A stretch of DNA of 64,000 nt from an uncultured Bacilli bacterium. GTDB taxonomy: Bacteria; Bacillota_I; Bacilli_A; RF39; UBA660. Where the stretch lies: contig CANQON010000006.1 in the NCBI GenBank assembly GCA_947625505.1, positions 3,903 through 67,902 on the forward strand, given 5' to 3'. Positions within the stretch are counted from its first letter, which is position 1, and every line of letters starts with the position of its first letter. The notes beneath the pieces are model-generated. The model searched no databases. It was given only the letters and a program-made list of their open reading frames with translations, and was not told where the DNA came from. Of the stretch, positions 1 through 10,080 are shown one piece after another. Position numbers and translations under genes: made by a program.

Positions 1-15
1 ATTGGGGATGTAATT

Positions 16-1497
16 ATGAATGAGGAACAAACACAACATAAAGTATTACCACAACGTTGGAGAAAAAAAGGTATTTTCTATGTAGTAGATTCAGGTGCAG
101 TTTTAGTAAAAAGAAGCCCTTTTAGAAGAGGAAGAAAATTAGATGATAAAGTGATTAATCACTGGACAATTGGATCATATCAAGAAGAATCAGTTGAACA
201 TCGTGGAGATGACATTATATTGGCTGATTGTACAGTTGGAGAACTAAGAGATTTAAAGGAAAAAACTAATCCTAGAGATAAAAAATTAATAGAAAAAATA
301 TTAAGAAAAAAAGAGGCAAAAGAAGATATACCTGACGATTTAAAAGATATAACTATTCCTGCAGACAAAGAGACTATTATACGTCGTAGAATAAATGCTA
401 AGGTAGGTATTCATATTAGATGGCCTTGGCAACAAATATTAATTTTACCTTTAGGTGAACAAAAAATGGATACTCCTTCTGTAAAGATTGATATTGAAGA
501 AACTGATAAAGATGATCCAACTAAGAAAAGCGTATTCCGTTATGAATTAGACACCGATTATCGTTTTGAAATAACTGATCCAGATAAGTATGCATATATG
601 CTTAATTCAATAGCTAATGAAGTAGGTTCTAAAGAAGCTAGAGTAGAATTAAGTAAACGTGTTGGTTCATTATTAGATGCTTTAGTTAGCTCATATGCGA
701 GAACTTATGGAATTCAAAAATTTAATACAGAATCTCCAGATCAATTAAGAGAAAGATTTAATTTTGAGCTTGCTAAAATTGGAAATAGCTATGGAATAGA
801 AATTACTAAGTTCTATGTTAAAAAGATATCATTCCCTCAAGTAGTAATTGAAAGTAGTGAAAAGATTAAAAAGGCTGCTGCTGAAAAGGCTGCTCGTATA
901 GCAAAAGCACAAGCTGAAGCTGAAGCTACAAGACTTGAAGGAGCTGCTAGTGCTGAAAGACAAAAAATGACAATTGAAAAAATGTTAGAGGCTTTAAATG
1001 TTGATCCTAGTTTTGTAAGTTTACCTGCAGAAGATAAGATGAACGCTCTACAAAGAATCATTGTTGCTAATACAGGAAAAGCTATTTTTACAATGAGTGA
1101 TGGAAGAGGACCTGCTGCTAATGATCCAACAGCAAGTTTAATAGCAGCTTTACATGCTTATTTTGGTGTTGATAAGGGTTCTAAAGATGGCAAGCCAATC
1201 GACTCTCATGACAGCGATTCTCATGATGGAGGATCTGGTAGTGATTCTCATGGCAGCGATTCTCATGATCATGATGCAGATAAGAATAGAGAAGATATGA
1301 TTCGTATCTTATCTGATAATAACTTATTAACTGGAAAAGGAACATTAGATTTTGATGCTTGTGAGTTTATTGCTAAAAGACGTGGAGAACCTATTAAAAA
1401 ATACACTGTTGATGATTTAACAGCTGAAGATGTTGCAGCCTTAGTTGCAGAATTTAGTAAAGGTGACTCTAAAGGAGCAGATTCTAAAACAAAATAA
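16..1497 (+). CDS. SPFH/band 7 (stomatin/flotillin-like) domain protein with insertion and low-complexity C-terminal region
   Basis: GIHIRWPWQ, FEITDPDKYAY, YGIEITKFYVKKISFP and an Ala/Glu-rich coiled coil (AAAEKAARIAKAQAEAEA) typical of SPFH proteins. Confidence 0.7.
   Translation: MNEEQTQHKVLPQRWRKKGIFYVVDSGAVLVKRSPFRRGRKLDDKVINHWTIGSYQEESVEHRGDDIILADCTVGELRDLKEKTNPRDKKLIEKILRKKEAKEDIPDDLKDITIPADKETIIRRRINAKVGIHIRWPWQQILILPLGEQKMDTPSVKIDIEETDKDDPTKKSVFRYELDTDYRFEITDPDKYAYMLNSIANEVGSKEARVELSKRVGSLLDALVSSYARTYGIQKFNTESPDQLRERFNFELAKIGNSYGIEITKFYVKKISFPQVVIESSEKIKKAAAEKAARIAKAQAEAEATRLEGAASAERQKMTIEKMLEALNVDPSFVSLPAEDKMNALQRIIVANTGKAIFTMSDGRGPAANDPTASLIAALHAYFGVDKGSKDGKPIDSHDSDSHDGGSGSDSHGSDSHDHDADKNREDMIRILSDNNLLTGKGTLDFDACEFIAKRRGEPIKKYTVDDLTAEDVAALVAEFSKGDSKGADSKTK
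1201..1275 (+). repeat. Intragenic tandem repeat (GAYTCTCATG x4) encoding DSHD/DSHG units
   Basis: gactctcatg / gattctcatg repeated four times; protein DSHDSDSHDGGSGSDSHGSDSHDHD. Confidence 0.85.
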
Positions 1498-1508
1498 AAA
1501 AGACTACG

Positions 1509-2300
1509 CTAATGCGTAGTTTTTTCATACCTTTTTTCTATATAATAAACGAGATAATATAATGTAGTTGCTACTATGCATAAAAGGATTACTCCAGACA
1601 TGACTAGATCTAGATTAAAAACTTGTGAACCATACATAATTAGATAACCTATACCTTTTTTAGATACTAAGAATTCACCCATGATAATTCCAATTAAAGA
1701 CATACTAATGCATATCTTTAAATTACTAATTATATTTGGAATGTTACCTGGAAAGATTAAATAGTAAAATAATTTTGTTCTACTCTTAGTTAGAGATTTT
1801 ATTAATTTTATTTTAGTCTCATCAATACTCATAAAACCATTATATATATTTATCATTAATACAATGGAACTAATAAGTATAGCCATAATAATAATAGATG
1901 TTGTTGTTGCGCCAAACCAAATTAATATGATGGGTCCTAATGCTACTTTAGGAAGACTATTAATAACTGTTAAATAAGGTTCAACAACTTTAGAAATAAA
2001 AGGGAAATACCATAGAATAGATGCAACAATTATACCTAATAACATACTGATAATAAAACTAATAATAGTTTCATAAATAGTTGTATATATATGAATAAAG
2101 AGATTATTACTACTGTACAATTGATATATTGTTTTAATAATATTTTTAGGAGAAGATATAATAAAAGAGTCGATAATTTTTAAATCGGTTAATATTTGCC
2201 ATGCAATTATGAAGATAATAAAGATTAATAGTTGACAAATATACATCTTATATTTATCTTTTTTTTGTTTTCTTAAAAAAAGTTTATGTTCCTTACTCAT
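1509..2300 (-). CDS. NitT/TauT-family ABC transporter permease (YtlD-like)
   Basis: Multiple TM helices, NSLPKVALGP and GEFLVSKKGIGYLI motifs; overlaps the ATPase gene. Confidence 0.85.
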   Translation of the reverse strand: MSKEHKLFLRKQKKDKYKMYICQLLIFIIFIIAWQILTDLKIIDSFIISSPKNIIKTIYQLYSSNNLFIHIYTTIYETIISFIISMLLGIIVASILWYFPFISKVVEPYLTVINSLPKVALGPIILIWFGATTTSIIIMAILISSIVLMINIYNGFMSIDETKIKLIKSLTKSRTKLFYYLIFPGNIPNIISNLKICISMSLIGIIMGEFLVSKKGIGYLIMYGSQVFNLDLVMSGVILLCIVATTLYYLVYYIEKRYEKTTH

Positions 2301-3033
2301 GATCTATTTCCTTCCATATAAGATTATAGTATTCATTAAATAAATGACTATTTCTTCTTTCAATTGGAGACAACTCTTGATCATAAGTTATATTATATAT
2401 TTGTTTTATATGACTAGGTCTTATACTTAAAACGATTACTTTACTACATAAAGTTATAGCTTCCGAAATATCATGCGTTACTAATATCATGGTCTTATTT
2501 TCATTTTTTAAAATGTTATATACATCATTAGATATGTTTAAACGTGATTGAAAGTCTAAAGCACTAAAGGGTTCATCCATTAATAAAATATCGGGTTTAA
2601 TAGCTAAAGTACGAATAAGGGCTACACGTTTTCGCATACCTCCTGATAGATTATTTGGATAACTATTTATAAAGTCTCCTAAACCATATTTATTTAATAA
2701 ATCAATTACGTATTGCTTGTTTTCCTTAGTTAATTGATTAGTTATTCTTAAACCTAGTAAACAGTTATCAAGAACATTTAACCAATCAAATAGAGCATCT
2801 TCTTGAAGCATGTAGCCAATAATACGATTATGATAATCAATAGCGCCTGATGTAGGTTCTTCTTGTTTATTTAAAATCGATAATAATGTAGATTTACCAC
2901 ATCCTGAGGGACCTACTATTGCTATAAAGTCACCTTCATTAACGTCTAAGGAAATATCTTTTATAGCTTTAATTTCATCTTTCATAGTATGATAAGTTTT
3001 CGTGATATTTTTAATAGAAAGAATATTATTCAT
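2293..3033 (-). CDS. NitT/TauT-family ABC transporter ATP-binding protein (YtlC-like)
   Basis: Walker A GPSGCGKS, signature LSGGM, Walker B LLMDEPF, H-loop VTHD. Confidence 0.92.
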   Translation of the reverse strand: MNNILSIKNITKTYHTMKDEIKAIKDISLDVNEGDFIAIVGPSGCGKSTLLSILNKQEEPTSGAIDYHNRIIGYMLQEDALFDWLNVLDNCLLGLRITNQLTKENKQYVIDLLNKYGLGDFINSYPNNLSGGMRKRVALIRTLAIKPDILLMDEPFSALDFQSRLNISNDVYNILKNENKTMILVTHDISEAITLCSKVIVLSIRPSHIKQIYNITYDQELSPIERRNSHLFNEYYNLIWKEIDHE

Positions 3034-4003
3034 TATTTTGATTTTGAACTAATATATTGAATGGAACTCTTTTATCTAAGAATCCATTGAATTCAACTAT
3101 ATCTTGCATATGCTTATATCCAGATTCTGATATAGTTGTTGTATCATACCATGAGTCAATATCACGATATCTTTTAATAACAGTTGTTATATCATTTAAA
3201 TTAGTATCAGGAAAGTAATCTACTAATATTTTAGCTAATTCTTCATCACTATGTGATTTAGTATAATTAATACCTTTTTGAATAGCTTTAGTAAAGTTTT
3301 GAATAACATCAGGATGTTCTTCTATATAACTCTTTAAAGCATTAAATGTTGTATAAGGTACTTCTCCTCCTAATTCACCTACAGATTTGATTACATATCC
3401 TTGTTTTTCCTTTTCTAAAGCTAATCCATTTGGTTCAAATAAGGTAACTAGATCCCCATTTCCTCCAATAAATGCTCCAGATAAAGCAGCAAAATCAATA
3501 CTTGTATCAACAGTTGCTTTAACATTATTTTGATTTAAAGTATAATTTAGTGTCATAGCAGGCATACCTCCATTACGACCTCCTAAAATAGTTTTATTAT
3601 TTAAATAATCTAAAGTAAAGTTATTAACAGGTTCTCTAGATATTAAAAAGCTTCCATCTTTTTTTGTTAATCCTGCAAAGTTTATTAAATAGTCTTTAGC
3701 GCCTTTGTTATATATATATAATGTTTGTTCACTGCCACAAAAACCTATTTCTACATCTTTTGACATAACAGCAGATGCTACTTTATCAGCTCCACTTGTT
3801 AGAATTATTTCAACATCTAATCCATTTTCTTCAAAGAATCCTAAAGCATCAGCTACATACATTGGTGTATAAAATAAACTGTGCGTAACTTCTGCTACTT
3901 TAACTTTGGTTAAGTTATTATCTTCTTTATTATTATTTTTTAATACAAAACAAAAGGTTGATAGAAAAGCGATACAAATAAGGGTAATAATAATCTTTTT
4001 CAT
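3026..4003 (-). CDS. NitT/TauT (NMT1/THI5-like) ABC substrate-binding protein (YtlA-like)
   Basis: Signal/anchor helix, VAEVTHSLFYTPMYVA, GGRNGGMP; SD AAGGAG upstream. Confidence 0.85.
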   Translation of the reverse strand: MKKIIITLICIAFLSTFCFVLKNNNKEDNNLTKVKVAEVTHSLFYTPMYVADALGFFEENGLDVEIILTSGADKVASAVMSKDVEIGFCGSEQTLYIYNKGAKDYLINFAGLTKKDGSFLISREPVNNFTLDYLNNKTILGGRNGGMPAMTLNYTLNQNNVKATVDTSIDFAALSGAFIGGNGDLVTLFEPNGLALEKEKQGYVIKSVGELGGEVPYTTFNALKSYIEEHPDVIQNFTKAIQKGINYTKSHSDEELAKILVDYFPDTNLNDITTVIKRYRDIDSWYDTTTISESGYKHMQDIVEFNGFLDKRVPFNILVQNQNNE

Positions 4004-4233
4004 TTTTTATCTCCTTTCTTAAATATTATATTCATATTAATTTATAATGTGTTACAATAGTATTGTCTTAAGAAATAATAAAAATGAATATTTACATAAT
4101 AACATATGCAATAATTAAAAGAATAAAGGTAACAATATCATAAATTAACAGTTAATTTATGTAAATATTATGTATTGGTATTTAGACAATTATTTAAAGA
4201 TATGATATAAAATTATTTAGATTGGAGTGGACG

Positions 4234-5145
4234 ATGAAAAAGAAAATATTAGAGTGTTCAAATTTAAAGAAAAATTTTGGTAAAAAGACAGTCTTAGATA
4301 ATGTATCTTTTTCAATTGAAGAAGGAGATATCTTAGGCTTTATAGGACCAAATGGAGCAGGTAAAACAACAACTATAAAACTTATCTTAGGTTTACAGAA
4401 AATAACTAGTGGTAGTGTTTTAATAAATGGATATGATATTAATAAAGATTTTGTAAAAGCTATAAATCGGGTAGGAGCTATTGTTGAAAATCCAGATATG
4501 TATATGTATTTATCAGGACGTGAAAACTTAAAGATGATTGCTCGTTTATATAAGAATATAGGTAATGATAAGATTGAAGAAGTAATTAAAATATCAGGAT
4601 TAGGAAAACGTATTAATGATAAAGTAAGTAAGTATTCATTAGGAATGCGTCAAAGATTAGGAATTGCGGCTTCTTTATTAGCTAGTCCCAATTTATTAAT
4701 ATTAGATGAGCCTACAAATGGTTTGGATCCTGAGGGGATAAAGGAACTGAGAGATTTACTTAATCGTTTAGTTAAAGAACAAAAAATAGGTATTTTAATA
4801 TCTAGTCATAATTTATTAGAATTAGAGACAATATGTAATAAGGTATGTATTATTCAAAATGGTAAAATAATTGAATCAAGTACAATTAAAGATTTAAAAG
4901 AACGTTTATCACAGTCTTATTATGTTTTTGAAGTAAATAAGATAAAAGATTTATATAAAATAATTGATGACAAGTTAGAAGTATTTGATGAGCATTTCTT
5001 TAGAATTAAAATTGAACATGATAAAGTACCAGATTTAATCTTAAAATTAACAAGTAATAATTATAAAGTATATCAGGTATATCAATCACAGATTAGCTTA
5101 GAAGATGCCTTCTTACAAAAGACAGGAGGTAATAAAATTGATTAA
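4234..5145 (+). CDS. ABC-2 type transporter ATP-binding protein (BcrA-like)
   Basis: GPNGAGKT, YSLGMRQRLG, LILDEPTNGLD; ATG at 4234 preferred over TTG 4222 (SD GGAG at 4224). Confidence 0.9.
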   Translation: MKKKILECSNLKKNFGKKTVLDNVSFSIEEGDILGFIGPNGAGKTTTIKLILGLQKITSGSVLINGYDINKDFVKAINRVGAIVENPDMYMYLSGRENLKMIARLYKNIGNDKIEEVIKISGLGKRINDKVSKYSLGMRQRLGIAASLLASPNLLILDEPTNGLDPEGIKELRDLLNRLVKEQKIGILISSHNLLELETICNKVCIIQNGKIIESSTIKDLKERLSQSYYVFEVNKIKDLYKIIDDKLEVFDEHFFRIKIEHDKVPDLILKLTSNNYKVYQVYQSQISLEDAFLQKTGGNKID

Positions 5146-6514
5146 TTTAATAAAAAATGAATTCATAAAAATTGTTAAGAAAAAAAGCTTTATTATTATG
5201 CTATTAATTGTTAGTGGCTATTCTTTTTTAACTAATTTTGTATATAAAACACTATTTGACATAACTGCTGATTTTGATTTTGAACAAACAATATCAATAG
5301 ATGATAAAGAAGATTTAGAGTATAAAGTGGGTCTTGAAACAGAGAAAGAATTAAAGTCTTTAACTAGTAAATATGATAAATCTTCATGGCAATATAATTA
5401 TGCTGAAGAGAATGCCTATGACTATATTTATGAAATTAAATCATATGAAATAGGCTTAACTGATGATAAAGAAATTTATGAGCAAGAAAAAGAGAATTAT
5501 GAAGCTTTAAAAAATGATTTAGATAATAAAGATTGGAAAGATATTGTTAAAGAAGAAAAGCTTGAGTATGAAAAAGCTTTAGAAGTAGCTGATGACAAGG
5601 AAAAAGAAACTATTAAGGTCCATATAGAAGCTTTAGATTTAAGACTAGAGAAGAATATTTCTTTTGCTAGAACAGAGATGAATCAAATTTTACTTAACTA
5701 TGAAACTAATAAAATTAATTTATTAGAATATTCTAATGTTGATAATTTATCAGAATCTCAAAAGGAAATTTATTATGGATTGAGAGAAGAAATGCTGATT
5801 GATAAATATTCTTTAGATCATGGTGTAAATGCTGGAGAGAGTGGTAATTCAAGAACTATTTTTATTAATTTCTTTAGTGAATATTCTTTTATTATACTTA
5901 TTATGGTTTTTGTAGTAGCAGGTCCAATTATGAGTAATGAGTATAATAATGGAACAATTAAATTACTATTAACAAGGCCTTATACCCGTACTAAAATATT
6001 ATTAAGTAAATATATTACAGTATTAATCTCTATAATATTCTCTATTTTAATTGTTTCATTAATACAACTAGTAGTGGGAGGAATTGTTTTAGATTTTGAT
6101 TCATTAAAAATACCTGCTGTTGTTTATAGCTCTGTTACTGATTCTTTAACAACATATAATTTAATTACTTACGCAGGGTTAAGCATTTTATCTTTATTAC
6201 CATCAATAATTATTGTATCTACCGTTGTATTTGCTTTAAGTACCTTATTTTCTAGTACAGCTATTGCTACTTTTGGAGGATTTGCTATTTATTCATTAAG
6301 CGATTTATTATATTTATTTAATAGTACAAATAAATGGTGGGTAAAATATTTATGGTCATATAACTGGGATTTTACACCTTATATTTTTAATAAGGCTCCT
6401 AGTATTGAAGGTTTAAATATTTGGTTTTCATTAGCTGTATGCGTAGCATATTTATTAATAATATTAATACCAACTTTTGTATTGTTTAATCGAAAAGATA
6501 TAAGTAATACTTAA
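5138..6514 (+). CDS. ABC-2 type transporter permease with large extracytoplasmic loop
   Basis: NEFIKI N-terminus, EYNNGTIKLLLTRPYTRTKILLSKY, FNRKDI C-terminus; TTG at 5138 follows AGGAGG. Confidence 0.85.
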   Translation: MINLIKNEFIKIVKKKSFIIMLLIVSGYSFLTNFVYKTLFDITADFDFEQTISIDDKEDLEYKVGLETEKELKSLTSKYDKSSWQYNYAEENAYDYIYEIKSYEIGLTDDKEIYEQEKENYEALKNDLDNKDWKDIVKEEKLEYEKALEVADDKEKETIKVHIEALDLRLEKNISFARTEMNQILLNYETNKINLLEYSNVDNLSESQKEIYYGLREEMLIDKYSLDHGVNAGESGNSRTIFINFFSEYSFIILIMVFVVAGPIMSNEYNNGTIKLLLTRPYTRTKILLSKYITVLISIIFSILIVSLIQLVVGGIVLDFDSLKIPAVVYSSVTDSLTTYNLITYAGLSILSLLPSIIIVSTVVFALSTLFSSTAIATFGGFAIYSLSDLLYLFNSTNKWWVKYLWSYNWDFTPYIFNKAPSIEGLNIWFSLAVCVAYLLIILIPTFVLFNRKDISNT

Positions 6515-6541
6515 AACTATATCAATTGATATAGTTTTTTT
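6513..6541 (+). terminator. Rho-independent terminator
   Basis: AAAACTATATC-AATT-GATATAGTTTT plus T run. Confidence 0.7.
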
Positions 6542-6596
6542 CTTCTTGATGAAGATTTATGTTATAATAAAATAGATAGTGATAATAGGAGGAAAC

Positions 6597-8687
6597 ATGT
6601 TAGAAGAATTAAATGATAGACAACAAGAAGCAGTAAAGACAACGGAAGGTCCTCTTCTTGTTATTGCTGGAGCAGGTAGTGGTAAAACAAAAGTACTTAC
6701 AACACGTATTGCTTATTTAATAGAACATTTAGGAATTAGTCCTACATCTATTTTAGCGATTACTTTTACTAATAAAGCAGCTAAAGAGATGAAAGAAAGA
6801 GTTGTTGGTCTTTTAGGGCCTGTAGCGTATCAAATTCAAATATCAACTTTTCACTCATTTGGTTTAAGTGTTATACGTGATTATTATGATAAATTAGGAT
6901 ATAAAAGAGAGTTTACTATTTTAGATAGTGATGATTCATTATTAACAGTTAAAAGAATCCTTAAGGATATGAATTTAGATCCTAAGGTATATAATCCTAA
7001 AAATATAAGAAATCGTATTAGTAGTGCGAAAAATGAAATGATGAGTCCTGATGAGTTAGATCGTTTTAGTGCTTCTGAATTTGATAATATTGTTGTAGAT
7101 GTTTACCGTGAATATCAGAAAAGATTAGAAAATAATAATTCTTTAGATTTTGATGATTTATTATTAAAACCAATTGAGTTATTTAAAGATAATTTAGATA
7201 TATTAAAGAAGTATCAAGAACAGTTTAAGTATATTCTTATTGATGAATATCAAGATACTAATGAAGTACAATATAATTTAACAAAGATGTTAAGTAAGAA
7301 ATATAAAAATATTTGTGTCGTAGGTGATGAGTCACAATCTATCTATGCTTTTAGGGGATCTAATTATCGTAATATATTGAATTTTGAACATGATTATAAA
7401 GATGCAAAAATAATATTGTTAGAACAAAATTATCGTAGTACGAAAACGATTCTTAATGCTGCTAATGACGTCATAAAAAATAATAAGCAGAGAAAAGATA
7501 AAAAGTTATGGACAGAAAATGAGACAGGTGATAAGATTACTTATCATAAAAGTTTAGATGAAAAAGACGAGGCTTTATATGTAACAAGAGAGATTAATAA
7601 ATTATTAGGTGATGGAGCAAGTTTAAATGATATCGTAGTTTTATATCGTACTAATGCTCAATCACGTAATATAGAAGAAGCTATGCTTAAAGATAATATA
7701 CCTTATAAAGTTATTGGTAGTTTCTATTTCTACAATCGAAAAGAAATTAAGGATTTGATTTCTTATCTTAAATTAATTTATAATAATGATGATGATATCA
7801 GTTTAAATCGTATCATTAATTCTCCTAAAAGAGGGATAGGAAATAAGACAATGGAACAACTAGCTATTAAAGCATCAATTAATGGTACTAGTTTATTTGA
7901 AGCAATAGATAGTGGAAAAGAGTTAAAGTTTAAAGAACTTATTTTATCCTTAAAAAAGGAAAGTGAATTGCTATCTTTAACAGAATTAGTTGATGCTGTT
8001 TTAGATAAGAGTGGGTTAAAAGCTGAATTAGAGAGTGAAGGTACTTTAGAAGCTGAAGCTCGTCTTGAAAACTTAGAGGAATTTAAATCTATTACAAAGA
8101 ATTATGAAGAGCGTAATGGAATAATATCTTTAAGTGATTTTCTTGAAGAAATTAGTTTAGTAGCGGATATTGAAGAACATAAAGATAGTACAGATGTTGT
8201 AACGCTTATGACAATTCATTCAGCTAAAGGTTTAGAGTTTAAATATGTCTTTGTTATTGGTATGGAAGAAGGAATATTCCCACATAGTCGTTCTTTACTA
8301 TCTAATGATGAATTAGAAGAAGAAAGAAGATTATGTTATGTAGCAATAACAAGAGCTAAAAAGAAACTATGGCTTGTAAGCGCTAAAAGACGTATGATTT
8401 TTGGTTTAGATAGTATGAATCCTATTAGTCGTTTTGTTAAAGAAATTAGTGATGAATACTTAGATACAGATGAAGAAATAAATGTCTTTAGTAATAAAGG
8501 ACATACTAATTATCATGATAATGTTGATGATAGTATCGAATATAAGCCTGGTGATAAGGTTATACACACATCTTTTGGAGAAGGTGTTGTTATAAGTGTT
8601 GAAAAGTCTATTTTAACAGTGGCTTTTCCACATCCTGTAGGAATTAAAACAATAATGAAAGGACATAAAAGTATTAGAAAGGTATAG
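6597..8687 (+). CDS. pcrA: ATP-dependent DNA helicase PcrA/UvrD
   Basis: AGAGSGKT, TFTNKAA, IDEYQDTN, VGDESQSIYAFRG, TIHSAKGLEF, EEERRLCYVAITRA; ATG 6597 after AGGAGG. Confidence 0.95.
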   Translation: MLEELNDRQQEAVKTTEGPLLVIAGAGSGKTKVLTTRIAYLIEHLGISPTSILAITFTNKAAKEMKERVVGLLGPVAYQIQISTFHSFGLSVIRDYYDKLGYKREFTILDSDDSLLTVKRILKDMNLDPKVYNPKNIRNRISSAKNEMMSPDELDRFSASEFDNIVVDVYREYQKRLENNNSLDFDDLLLKPIELFKDNLDILKKYQEQFKYILIDEYQDTNEVQYNLTKMLSKKYKNICVVGDESQSIYAFRGSNYRNILNFEHDYKDAKIILLEQNYRSTKTILNAANDVIKNNKQRKDKKLWTENETGDKITYHKSLDEKDEALYVTREINKLLGDGASLNDIVVLYRTNAQSRNIEEAMLKDNIPYKVIGSFYFYNRKEIKDLISYLKLIYNNDDDISLNRIINSPKRGIGNKTMEQLAIKASINGTSLFEAIDSGKELKFKELILSLKKESELLSLTELVDAVLDKSGLKAELESEGTLEAEARLENLEEFKSITKNYEERNGIISLSDFLEEISLVADIEEHKDSTDVVTLMTIHSAKGLEFKYVFVIGMEEGIFPHSRSLLSNDELEEERRLCYVAITRAKKKLWLVSAKRRMIFGLDSMNPISRFVKEISDEYLDTDEEINVFSNKGHTNYHDNVDDSIEYKPGDKVIHTSFGEGVVISVEKSILTVAFPHPVGIKTIMKGHKSIRKV

Positions 8688-8695
8688 GTGATTTT

Positions 8696-8866
8696 ATGTA
8701 TAATTTAGTTAATGTTTTAGATATTATTAAGACTTTAGAAGAATGGTCAGATAAATTAAAGGCATGGATCTTTGATAACTATAATAATCCTGTACTATGG
8801 GTTGGAATAGTTGTAGTAGGTGTTTTATTCTTTAAAGTAATGTTTAGCACACTTAATAAAGACTAG
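8696..8866 (+). CDS. Small membrane protein, 56 aa (not in ORF track)
   Basis: SD AGGTGA then ATG; MYNLVNVLDIIKTLEEWSDKLKAWIFDNYNNPVLWVGIVVVGVLFFKVMFSTLNKD; terminator begins at its stop. Confidence 0.7.
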   Translation: MYNLVNVLDIIKTLEEWSDKLKAWIFDNYNNPVLWVGIVVVGVLFFKVMFSTLNKD

Positions 8867-8885
8867 ATTTATATCTAGTCTTTTT
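8861..8885 (+). terminator. Rho-independent terminator
   Basis: GACTAGAT-TTAT-ATCTAGTC then TTTTT. Confidence 0.75.
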
Positions 8886-8913
8886 GTTATAATAAACCTT
8901 GGATGGTGATAGT

Positions 8914-9807
8914 GTGGATTTAATAATAGGTTCTCATGTATCTTTTTCAAAAGATAAACAAATGTTAGGTAGTGTAATTGAAGCATTAAGTTATAAGGCT
9001 AATACTTTTATGTTTTATACAGGTGCTCCTCAAAATACTAATCGTTCTCTTATTGATGATAAATTAACTGAGCTTGCTCATAATTTGATGTTAAATGAAA
9101 ATATTAATATTAAAGATGTAATTGTGCATGCTCCATACATAATTAATTTAGCTAATGATAAAAATTATGATTTTAATATTAAATTTTTAAAAGAAGAAAT
9201 TAAGCGTGTTGAAAAACTAGGTGTATCTAAATTAGTTTTACATCCAGGTAGTCATGTAGGTTTAGGTATTGAAGCAGGTATTAATAATATTATTAAATCT
9301 TTAAATGATTGTTTAACACCTGATACTAAAGTTATCATATGTCTTGAAACAATGGCAGGTAAAGGTAGTGAATTAGGATGTACTTTTGAACAATTAAAGA
9401 CTATTATTGATGGTGTTAAAGAAAAAGATAAGATAGGCGTTTGCTTAGATACTTGTCATATAAGTGATGCAGGATATGACTTAAATAACTTTGATAAAGT
9501 TTTAGAAGAGTTTGATAATATTATTGGTTTAGATAAATTAAAGGTATTACATATTAATGATAGTAAGAATATTTGTGGCGCTAAAAAAGATCGCCATGAA
9601 AATATAGGGTATGGACAAATAGGCTTCGATAATTTATTAAAAATTTTATATCATGATAAATTAAAAGATATTCCTAAAATATTAGAAACACCTTATGTAG
9701 ATACAGAACTAGGTAAACTAGCTCCATATAAGTTTGAAATTCAAATGATTAGAGATAAAAAATTTAATGATCATTTAATTAATGATATAGTTTTGGATAA
9801 TAAATAG
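8914..9807 (+). CDS. nfo: Endonuclease IV (AP endonuclease family 2)
   Basis: IGSHVS, VHAPYIINLA, LHPGSH, LETMAGKG, CLDTCH, HINDSK, DRHENIG, ILETP zinc ligands. Confidence 0.95.
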   Translation: MDLIIGSHVSFSKDKQMLGSVIEALSYKANTFMFYTGAPQNTNRSLIDDKLTELAHNLMLNENINIKDVIVHAPYIINLANDKNYDFNIKFLKEEIKRVEKLGVSKLVLHPGSHVGLGIEAGINNIIKSLNDCLTPDTKVIICLETMAGKGSELGCTFEQLKTIIDGVKEKDKIGVCLDTCHISDAGYDLNNFDKVLEEFDNIIGLDKLKVLHINDSKNICGAKKDRHENIGYGQIGFDNLLKILYHDKLKDIPKILETPYVDTELGKLAPYKFEIQMIRDKKFNDHLINDIVLDNK

Positions 9808-10033
9808 TATATAATTCATATAGCTTGTTATAGGCTTTAGTATTTAATACTTGCTTAGCTTGATTTAAATAATAATGAGGATTATTTAAAATATTTTCGT
9901 AATTATTTTTAATGTTATTATAAAGGTAATCAATTTCTTGATTATTTAAAGATACATTATTATTTTGAGCAAACATAACTATATCATTTTTTGTTAAATG
10001 ATTAATATAAGATTTTATAATTTTTTCTTTCAT
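9779..10033 (-). CDS. DUF2624/YqfT-like small protein
   Basis: 84 aa, convergent with nfo as in the Bacillus nfo-yqfT arrangement; INHLTKNDIVMFAQNNNVSL pattern. Confidence 0.6.
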   Translation of the reverse strand: MKEKIIKSYINHLTKNDIVMFAQNNNVSLNNQEIDYLYNNIKNNYENILNNPHYYLNQAKQVLNTKAYNKLYELYTIYYPKLYH

Positions 10034-10080
10034 ATAATAATATTATATGTTAGATACTGATAAAAATTACAGGAGGTAAT

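Noticed and set aside
4087-4169. TTATGTAAAT XerD-like arms
   Set aside because: No properly spaced XerC arm, and such matches are expected in very AT-rich DNA
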